Below, one piece after another: positions 12,139 through 21,538 of a stretch of DNA of 64,000 nucleotides. This stretch comes from Azolla caroliniana (lineage: Eukaryota; Plantae; Polypodiophyta): contig JBHGNT010000001.1 of assembly GCA_043228905.1 (NCBI GenBank), positions 20,336,001-20,400,000 on the forward strand, given 5' to 3'. The number at the start of each line of letters is the position of its first letter. Position 1 is the first letter of the stretch. A model generated the notes under the pieces. It searched no databases. It was not told where the DNA came from and was given only the letters and a program-made list of their open reading frames with translations. The position numbers were made by a program, and so were the translations under genes.

Positions 12139-15024
12139 ATGGATAGAGGTATGGCAAGTTCACTTCCCACAGAAAAGCTCGACCGGAGGAACTATGCATC
12201 CTATTCATATAAAATGCACCAATACCTGCTGGGGCATGGATATTGGAGCTATGTGGAAGGAACCAATGAGGTAGCACCGGAGCTGGCACACAAGGACTTC
12301 CTGGCCTGGGAGCAAGGAGCGAGCTGAGTATTGGATTGCCTTGCCTCTGGTGTGCACGATCAGATGCTCAGCTACATCAAAAATGCAAAAACGCCGAAGG
12401 ATGCCTGGGAAAATCTTCGGAAGATTTTCGCCACTAGTACCACGACATGGAAGTTGCAGCTTTGACAAGAGCTCAACAATATTCGACAGAGGGATATGTC
12501 CATGACCGAGTACACCACCAACATAAAGGATATTTGCGACGTGCTCGACTCCATCAACGTGACGGTGGACGAAGACGAGATGGTTCAAATCTGCCTTGGT
12601 GGTTTAGCACAATGGTATGGGCCAATCTGGACGGTGATCTGCACGCGGAAGAAGCCACCGTCCTTCTTCGACTTACAATCCATGTTGATGGTTGAAGAAA
12701 ACCACGCGAGTGGGTTGAGGATCACTCAATCGAACAATCGAATGTTGTACACGGAGGCAGATTGAGCCCCTAGGTGTGGAGGACGAGGTGGGTTTGCACG
12801 CAATGGAAGCGGCCGGCAAGAGCAGAACCGAAGGCACGAAGACGGGGCCAACAACAGTTCCGGAGCCTCCACAATTAGGGGGAGTCAAGTCGGATCTGGA
12901 AACCGGCAATCAAAGGCCGACACATAATGCTGGTAGTGTGGCAAGAAAGGCCACCGAGAAAGCGAGTGATGGAAGATGCGTGCCGATTTGGATAAATCCG
13001 GATCCAAGAATACTGGATAGGGAAACCGGCAAAGCTCACACTACGCAGAAGGATCAGAAGGATCTGGAACCGGGAAGACCGGTAAAGGGCTAGCCTTCGT
13101 GATGGAGCACAAGGCTAACTCGATGAAGAAGACTACTTCCAAATCGGAGTAAATATGGTACGTTGATTCCAGAGCATCCAACCACATGAAGAGCCATGAA
13201 GAGTGGTTCTCTTATTTGGAGAAACCGGAACAACCAAGGATTGTCAAAACCAGAGACGACACCCCTCACCCGATTGTGCATGTCGGAGAAGTCCCTTTAA
13301 GCCATGTCGGACAAAAGGGGAAGCTGATGAACGTACTACTCGTCCCGACTATCACAAAGAACATGGTGTCGGTTGGGCAAATCGTCGACCAGGGGATGCA
13401 GGTGCGGTTTACGCACCTTGGGTGCTTCAATGAGGAAGAAGGGTGTGGAGAAGGGAGGATGTTTATCCTCAACACAAATGACGTCGGCACCGCCATGTTT
13501 GCCAAAGGACAGAAGATTAAATCGGACATAAATCTCTAGCATAAGCGGATCAGTCACGTCAATTACTGGAGGCTTCCAGACCTGCAATCGAAACAAATTG
13601 TGTTCGGTTTGCTGAAATTCAATGGCCGGAAGGCCCAAATTTGTGAAGCCTGCCAGCTCGGGAAGCAACACCGGCTTCCATTCCCCACCAAACAAAACCG
13701 GAGCCATAACAAGCTCGACTTAATTCATTTGGATGTATGGGGACCGACACAAAACGTTAGTCTTGGCGGAAGTCGGTATTTAGTCTCCTTCATCGACGAT
13801 TATAGCCGGCACACGTGGATCTACCTCATCAAGAAGAAAAGCGAAGTCTTCGAATCTTTCCGGAACCTTCAAAGCTTAGTCGAAATGGAAACGGAGAGGA
13901 AGATAAAGTATATGTGGTCAGATGGTGGAAAAGAATACTTTACCGGCCAATTCAACAGTTATCTGTAGCAGGAGGGAATTCAGAGAGAATTCAACTGCAG
14001 GTACACACCATAACAAAACGGTGTGGCTGAAAGAAAGAACCGGTCGATTGTCGATGCGGCGAGGACAATGCTGGAGGAAAAAAGCATGCCCAAATGCTAC
14101 TGGGCTGAGACGATTTGGACGGCCGTCTACATCCAACACCAGACCAGAGACAAGGTGTTTGCACACGAGCTGTATTTCGGGTGCAAACTGAATTTGAGGC
14201 ACCTTCGGATATTCGATAGCATAGCATATGTGCATGTAACGGATGAGAAGTGGAAGAACCTAGATTCGAAATCGGAGAAGTGCATCCTAGTTGGTTACCT
14301 GCATGAGCAAAAGGGGTATAAGTGTTATAACCCTTGGACTAAGCAGGTCTGAGTAAGCCGAGATGTCGAGTTTGATGAGTTGGCATCATGGTACTCTCTA
14401 CCAACTTTGACCCGATTCCAGAAGATGAGGCTACTGAGCCCGAGGAGGTCCAAGTAGAAGGTGAAGACTTCGGCACTGTAGAAGAGAGTTCGATCTCATT
14501 CTAGCGAAGTGGGCCGAATGAGCAGTTGAGTCGGGTGAAGAACCGGCGAGTACTTGAGACACTGTCGTGCTCTCCCCGTGCAAGGAACTGGGGAGACGGT
14601 TCATGCGCAACGAGAAGGAGAAGAAGAAGATGTTGGAATACGAAACCAACACTGATGAGTCGGATCGGAGCAAATCCGACTCCGGAAAGGAAGAAGGCCG
14701 ACCGGCCAAGAAGGGCCCCAAACGGGGTAATGACAAGTTACGCCAGTCATCCCGCCAGAAGAATCCTGTAATGAGAGACGAGTACAATGAATACATGACG
14801 CATCACTATGCGTACATGACTAAGGTGGCGGAAGTGCGTGAGCCGGAGAGCTACACAGAAGCGGAAAGGGACGCAAATTGGCGTGCCACTATGGAAGAAG
14901 AAATGCGGGCACTCGAGGCCAATGACACATGGGACCAAGTTGACACTCCCCGACATTGTAAACCAATCGGTTGAAAATGGGTGTACAAGGTAAACTACAA
15001 TGCCGACGGTTTGGTCCACCGGTA
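12139..15024 (+). pseudogene. pol: Copia-B gag-pol, decayed
   Basis: ORF fragments 12139-12327, 12496-12765, 13186-13539, 13600-13968, 14023-14352, 14567-14974. Confidence 0.92.
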
Positions 15025-15354
15025 TGTTGAGCGACAAGCTCAACCGGATCCGGATTGGTATCAGGAAGGATGAGCCGGATCGGTGAGCTGGTGAGCAAGC
15101 AAGCCGGTGAGCTGGGGAGCCGGTTAGCCGGATCCATCAGTAACCGAAAGCCTAGTAGTAGCCTAGACTACCAGGTAGTTAATGTCTCGTAGTTAGTGTT
15201 AGACGCTCATGTGAGCATTAAAGTACACTGTACTTCTGCGAGTCCTCTTAGGACTTGTATAAATAGTGCGGTTGAGTATCTCTGTGTTTTCTGTTGGTTC
15301 CAGAACTGTGCACTTTGTGTTTCCATACGCTTCCGCACACGCTATTCTTTTACA
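15025..15354 (+). repeat. 5' LTR of Copia-C (330 bp)
   Basis: TGTTGAGCG...CTTTTACA; aligns with 41236-41733 apart from indels. Confidence 0.92.
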
Positions 15355-15465
15355 TGGTATTAGAGTGCGAAGGTTGAAGCTCTCTGCAGCCGACAAGAAA
15401 AGCTTGCGATAAAACAGAGTTGAAGTTGTGCTTCGGTTTTGTTCGGAAAAGAGAACGACAGTAAT

Positions 15466-16015
15466 ATGGATAGAGGAATGGCTAGCTCGCTCCCAGTGGA
15501 GAAACTCGACAGATCCAACTTCGCATCTTGGTCGTACAAGATGCACCAGTACCTGCTTGGGAAAGACTACTGGAATTATGTCGACGGGGCTAACGACACA
15601 ACAACTGATGCGACACACAAGGATATCCCAACATGGGAACAAGCAGCAAGCAGAGTGATGTACTGCTTTGCGTCTAGTGTCGGACACCAATTGCTGAGCC
15701 ATATCCGAGACGCCAGGACGCCCAAAGAAGCTTGGGAAAACCTGAAAAAGGTCTTCGCCGCAAGCACTACAACTAGGAAGCTTCAACTTAGGCAAGAGTT
15801 GAGCAATGTACGACAACGAGATATCTCGGTGGCTGACTACACCACCAAGATTAAGGAAATATGTGACTCACTCGCCTCTATCAATGTGAACGTCGAGGAG
15901 GACGAGATGATGCAGGTTTGTCTTCGCGGATTAACATCTAAGTTCGGAGCTTTCCAAATGGCAGTCTGCAGGAGGGAAAATACACCTTCGTTTTTCGAGC
16001 TTCAGTCAATGTTGT
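15466..16015 (+). pseudogene. gag: Copia-C gag N-terminal part
   Basis: MDRGMASSLPVEKLDRSNFASWSYKM...; homologous to Copia-B gag. Confidence 0.92.
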
Positions 16016-16393
16016 TGTTGTCTTGCTGGCCGGACTAGCCCCAACACAGGTGTCCTTCTGACACTTCTCCAAAGGGGTGGTAAGGTTAGGATGTTAGAAC
16101 ACACGTGTAAGATAATTATTATTAGCACAGACGGTAAGTAAATACAGACAAAGATAAGTACGCAATGGATAAACTTGTATTACTTCCATAAAGAACATTA
16201 CAATTCATCAGATCCTTTTATAGGCATCCGGCAAGGTTACAAAACGGTGCGCTTAGGTTACCGGCATCCGAATCGGTCCGGTACAACTGTATCGGATCCG
16301 TCCCTATGAATAATAATTCTACTAATAATTACTTTATATTTCTATATCCGATTCCGCCTTCCCACTTGTCCTTCCGCCTTTGCCCGGCCAACA
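16016..16393 (-). repeat. 3' LTR of D
   Basis: Direct repeat of 36727-37115; TG..CA termini. Confidence 0.93.
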
Positions 16394-16604
16394 CATGGCA
16401 CGCCCGTGGGAAAGTGCTTTGCACTTCAAACCCATAGAGTCTGCTCGAAGGTGTCAAGTGGTGCCTCCTCTTCGGTTTCCTGTTCCTTGCCTGCCTCCCC
16501 TCCGACTTCCGGTTGGATTGGTTGTTGCTCCGGCTCCTCTTGGTTCTGTTGTACCAGTGCTTCCTCTCCGTCCCTTCCGGGTTCGTCTTGTTCTTCTTCC
16601 ATTC

Positions 16605-16987
16605 TGTCATGATAACACTCACATCATGCATCCAAAGGATGATGACACTCACATTATGACTCGAAAGGATTTGAACCCACGACCTTGTTGTACATATGTC
16701 AAATCCTTAACCATTGTATTAATATTCTTATATGTATAGTCTCTAGAATATGAAATCTAATATCATAGGAATATTCTATGTTACTCTACATTCTAGAATG
16801 ACCTAGAATATTCTAGAGTGTTCTATACCACTAGAACCTTCTAGAATACTCTAGAGATCTTCTAGATTACTCTACATTCTAGGATAACCTAGAATATTCT
16901 AGAGTGTTCTCTATTACTTATAAATAGGGATCTACCACCCATCCCAAACCTTCTCTTTTTCTCTCTTTCTCTCTCTCAGTCTTGATA
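16605..16987 (+). repeat. 5' LTR of E (85 bp shorter than the 3' LTR)
   Basis: Matches 27269-27736 except ~6 substitutions (by eye) and one deletion after CCCAAACCT. Confidence 0.95.
16769..16926 (+). promoter_or_regulatory. Heat-shock-element-like nGAAn array followed by TATA box in E LTR (copy at ~27433-27590)
   Basis: Perfect GAAccTTCtaGAA at 16834-16846; runs such as TTCtaGAAtgACCtaGAAtaTTCtaGAGtgTTC; TATAAATA immediately downstream. Confidence 0.7.
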
Positions 16988-17075
16988 GTTTGAACCAATT
17001 TTTTTCCTTTCATCTCTTCGTCTTCCACAAATCCTAACAAGTTCTCTTCTTCCTTCTCCTCTCCTCTCGTAAGCT

Positions 17076-18199
17076 ATGGAGTACGTGAGCAAACAAGAAT
17101 ACATGCGTGTTCTTTCTGAGCTCGACATGCTCACGAATAAATTTGTGGCATTAGAGCATGAGAATCAAAGGCTACTTGGAGATCTACAACACGTGAGCAC
17201 CGAAAAAGCTCAACAATATGAAGATTATCACAGCGGGTTCATCAACTCGAGGCGACTATATTGTCATTACGTGAGCAAGCGTCGGGGGCTCAGAACTCCC
17301 CTAGAGAGCCAAAGATCAGCCTCCCTGCCAAGTTTGATGGTACGAGGTCTTTATTTCGAGGCTTTTTGAATCAAGTTCATCTAGTTATTCAGCTACATCC
17401 CAATCGGTATCCAACTGATGCTGCTCGTGTGGGATTAGTGGAAACCTTGCTATGTGGTACGGCGTTAGCATGGTTCGCACCACTTCTCGAGAAGAAATCA
17501 CCATTGCTGGAGGATTTCGAGGCATTTGTTAAAGAGTTTCAAGCTAGTTTCGGAGACACCGACAGCACTAGGACAGCGATAAACAAGATTCGAAGGCTCC
17601 GACAAGGAGATCGTCCTGCGTCGTCTTATGCAGCCGATTTTCGTCTCTTGGCATGCGATATCCCTTGGGATGAGGCAGCTTTAATGGATCAATTCCGTCA
17701 AGGTTTGAGAAACGATGTCAAAGATCTTCTTCTTACTTTCCCTGAAGATCCGTAGTCACTTACAGAAGCTATTAGTCGAGCTGTGCGATGTGATAATCGC
17801 CTATTTGAGCGACGTTTTGAGTGCCAACAAATGTTACGCCGCCAACCTGAGCAGACTTACGCTTCCGTAGTCGCAACGCCTCCACAAGTTTCTAGACCCA
17901 TTACAAGGGATGGCCCCACTCCGATGGAAATAGAGTCAACACAACGTCGTGGGCCGTTATCAGATGCTGAGAAACAACGACGTCGAGCGCATCGCCTCTG
18001 CTTGTATTGTGGTGGTCTAGGACATATAGCTGTAAATTGTCCACATAAACCTAGGCGTCAAGTATACCAAGTAAGTGCCCATGAAAACCCTACATTGAGT
18101 TCTATTGTTACTTCTAATAACATAAATAAGCCTCATAGTCCATGCCATGAGAATAGATTCGATATCTTGAGTCAATTAGAGGATGTGTTAAACGAGTAA
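17076..18199 (+). pseudogene. gag: E gag (frameshifted)
   Basis: ORFs 17076-17369, 17261-17755 (LPAKFDG, LRQG), 17783-18199 (PTPMEI, CCHC). Confidence 0.93.
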
Positions 18200-18238
18200 G
18201 TCCGGCCAAAATAGGAGCCATTTGGCTGGACCATCCTA
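18187..18238 (+). other. Predicted -1 ribosomal frameshift signal between gag and pol of E
   Basis: G_TTA_AAC, 6-nt spacer, 11-bp stem 18200-18231, loop TAGGA complementary to downstream TCCTA; the -1 frame is open into protease. Confidence 0.75.
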
Positions 18239-19834
18239 GCTATGTAGAGTTAGTTCCTAGTCGTGGTTCCATTTCATCAAATCAAGTGAGTCGAGTTTTT
18301 TCAGCACAAATCAAGCTTACCACATCTACATGTCATCGAGTCCTAGCCTCTGCCCTTCTAGATTCTGGAGCCAACTCTTGTTTCATGGATCGTGAATTTG
18401 CCTTGTCACAAAACATCCTCTTGAATAAGCTTCCTAGCCCAGTAGCCGTAGGAGTCATTGATGGACGTCCCATAGCATCATGAGATATAGTTGAGGAGTC
18501 TGAGCCAATTAGGATAGTTCTTGGCAATTTGGCAAGCATAATCTCTTTCAACATTATTCGTAGTCCGGAACACCCAATAGTTCTAGGTCTCCCCTAGTTT
18601 GAACTCCATAACCCGAAGATTGATTGGATGAAAAGAACAATTGAGGAGACCCGGGAAAAAAGCACAAACTCTGCATCCCTCTCTCCTACATGTGATAATA
18701 GATCCCCGGTGTTATCGCCCATCTCTTTACGACAGTTGCGAGAGGAAGGGGGGAACGAGGCCATGTTCATCTTCGCAATAATAGCAACTCCATCATCCAC
18801 TTCACATGAGGCGGATATTAAACTTCCAGAGAAATACAAGGAGTTTTCAGATGTCTTTGATAAGGTGAAGGCGAATACATTGCCGGAGCATCGGCCATAC
18901 GACTGCCCTATTGACTTACAACCAGGGAAAGAACCTCCATGGGGCCCAATTTATAATCTCTCCCTTGTAGAGCTAGAAACTTTGCGGGAATATATTGATG
19001 AGAATCTGGCAAACGGATTCATTCGGCATTCTAGATCCCCTGCTGGTGCACCTATCTTCTTCGTTAAGAAGAAGAATGAGACTCTTCGGTTGGTCGTGGA
19101 TTATCGAGGGCTAAACAAAGTGACTATTCGGAATAGATATGCTCTACCATTAATCCCGAATCTTTTGGAACGTCTCAGTGGTGCAAAATATTTCACGAAG
19201 TTGGACCTTCGCGGAGCATATAATCTAAATCGGATTCGCCCGGGGGATGAATGGAAGACAGCTTTCCGCACTCGCTATGGACATTTTGAGTATAAAGTGA
19301 TGCCATTTGGTCTCACGAATGCACCTGCTGTTTTCCAACATATGGCGAACGATATTTTTCGAGATTTTCTTGATATCTTCACTATAGTTTACCTAGATGA
19401 TATTTTAATCTACTCAAAGACCCAAGAGGATTATTTTAATCTAGATGATTATTCCAAGGTTGTGCTTCCGCTTACTCAGCTCACACATAAAGATCGACCA
19501 TTTATATGGAGTTCAGATGCAGCCGAGGCATTTGAAAGCTTAAAACGAGCATTTACAACGGCACCTATCTTAGCACATGTCGACCCAACAAAATGCTTCA
19601 TCCTCGAAGCCGATGCATCCGATTTTGCACTAGGGAGTGTCCTCTCGCAGACTGGAGATGATGGACAACTACACCCGTCGCCTTTCATTCACGAAAGTTT
19701 GAAGTTGCAGAGATAAACTATGAGATCCATGACAAAGAGCTTCTTGCAATCGTGGATTCGTTTCAACAATGGCGACATTTCCTAGAAGGTTCTTCTCAGC
19801 AGATCATTGTCTACAATGATCATAAGAACCTGAC
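18200..19834 (+). pseudogene. pol: E pol, 5' part (protease, RT with internal deletion, RNase H)
   Basis: LLDSGA; ORF 18628-19716 with VDYRGLN, MPFGL, YLDD, EADASD. Confidence 0.95.
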
Positions 19835-20273
19835 TGTCATGATATGGCAAGACTCGAACCCATGACCTTATGCTACATGGGTCGAGCTCTTGACCATTAG
19901 ACTATACATTGTAATACATAGAATATTATTTTCATTTATGTTTAATTATAGAAAATTGATGTATATTCCAGATTTCTCTGGAACATTCTAGAAACTTGAG
20001 GAGTATTCCTTAGAACACTATAAAAGGAGGCACAAGGCATTATTTCGAACCAAATCGGTTCAACGCCAGTCTTAAGCCTCCTAGCTACTGTACATTTTCT
20101 TCACATAATATATATCTTTCTTATCATCACTCTCTCTCTCTCTCTCTCGATCTCGATCTCTCTCTCCCTCTCTCTCACTCACTCTTTCCTTCTCTCGAGA
20201 GTTCTTCACCTCTCTTAGTACTAATACTTCTTTTAGTACTAATTCCTTCTCTGTCTTAGTATTGTTCCTGACA
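19835..20273 (+). repeat. 5' LTR of F
   Basis: TGTCA...TGACA termini; TATAAAA 20019-20025. Confidence 0.96.
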
Positions 20274-20275
20274 GT

Positions 20276-20287
20276 TTGAACCGATTT
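20276..20287 (+). promoter_or_regulatory. Self-priming PBS of F (E equivalent 16990-17001)
   Basis: TTGAACCGATTT is the exact complement of AAATCGGTTCAA (20052-20063), 33 nt after the TATA start; no TGG-type tRNA PBS present. Confidence 0.85.
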
Positions 20288-20347
20288 TCCTTAGCTTCTG
20301 TCTCTCTCATTTCCTACTAATCTCTTATTCCTCTTTTCTTTCATCCC

Positions 20348-21499
20348 ATGGCCATTGTTAGTGCTGAAGAATATCAGTCTGTTTTCTCGGAATTTCAATG
20401 CTTGAAAGAGAAGTTCCATGCTTTGGAACAAGAAAACCAACGGTTGCTGGGGGATCTTCAGCAAATCTCCTTAGAAAAGCAGCAAACGCAACAACAACAT
20501 GGGGAACTTGCGTTACGCGTGCAACAACTCGAAGCCACCATCGTAGCGATGCAACAACAAGGGCCCGGAACACAAGGGATTCATAAAGAACCCAAGATTG
20601 GCCTTCCCACGAAGTTCGATGGAACGCGATCGCAGTTTAGAGGGTTCCTTAACCAGGTACGATTAGTTATTCAAATGCATCCTTCCCGATATCCCACCGA
20701 TGCATCACGAGTGGGTTTAGTAGGCACTTTGTTAAGTGGCTAAGCGTTGGCATGGTTCGCTCCACTATTAGAAAAGGAATCTCCGTTACTCAACAATTTT
20801 GAAGAGTTTTTAGGTGAGTTTAAAGCATGTTTCGGAGATACTGACAGCATTAGGACCGCAATCAACAAAATTCGGCGATTACGCCAAGGTGACCGTCCAG
20901 CCTCTGCATACGCTGCAGATTTTCGCCTACTCGCCGTCGATATCCCTTGGGATGATCAAGCGTTGATGGAGCAATTCCGTTATGGTCTACGCAACGAAGT
21001 CAAGGATTTACTCTTGACCTTCCCCGAAGAGCCAAAGTCCTTAACAGAAGCAATCAGTCGTGCGGTGAGATGTGACAACCGCCTCTTTGAGCGATGTTTG
21101 GAACGATAACTACAAATGCCGAGGGCAAGATCAGATCCCACCTACGCCTCAGTGGTATCAAGACCTTTTTCGAGGGAGTCATATAATGCGCCTCCAGCGA
21201 ATACTCCGACTCCGATGGAGATTGACACTACACGTCGTCGAGGGCCATTATCCGAAGAAGAAAAGCAACGACGCCGTACAAATCGACTATGTCTTTACTG
21301 CGGTGGACCAGGACATATTGCAATAAATTGCCCCCATAGGCCAAGAAGACAGGTAAACCAAATAGTCGCTAGTTCTAATTGTACTAAACCCGAGCCTATT
21401 TCAGTAGGGATATCTGATAGTCCTAATAGTACTAATAGCCCAGATCTAGCGAACAGATTTGATGTCCTTAGTCAGTTAGAAGAAGAGTTAAACGACTAA
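20348..21499 (+). pseudogene. gag: F gag (two in-frame stops)
   Basis: ORFs 20348-20743, 20747-21109, 21116-21499 in one frame; CCHC knuckle. Confidence 0.95.
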
Positions 21500-21538
21500 G
21501 TCCAGCCCAAATAGGAGCCGTTTGGTTGGACAGCCCTA
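21487..21538 (+). other. Predicted -1 ribosomal frameshift signal of F
   Basis: G_TTA_AAC plus stem GTCCAGCC/GGTTGGAC; loop TAGG complementary to downstream CCTA. Confidence 0.75.

Larger units (their letters stand above)
11631..15024 (+). mobile_element. Copia-B: 5' LTR, PBS, gag, protease, integrase, start of RT; 3' half absent
   Basis: LTR 11631-12045, PBS TGGTATCAGAGC, gag ATG 12139 (KLDRRNYASYSYKM), WYVDS protease motif ~13155, integrase 13600-14352; cut at YKVNYNADGLVHR. Confidence 0.93.

Noticed and set aside
19850-19904. Functional tRNA gene
   Set aside because: A/B boxes are present but no acceptor stem, anticodon arm or cloverleaf can be drawn; reported as a promoter-like module instead.
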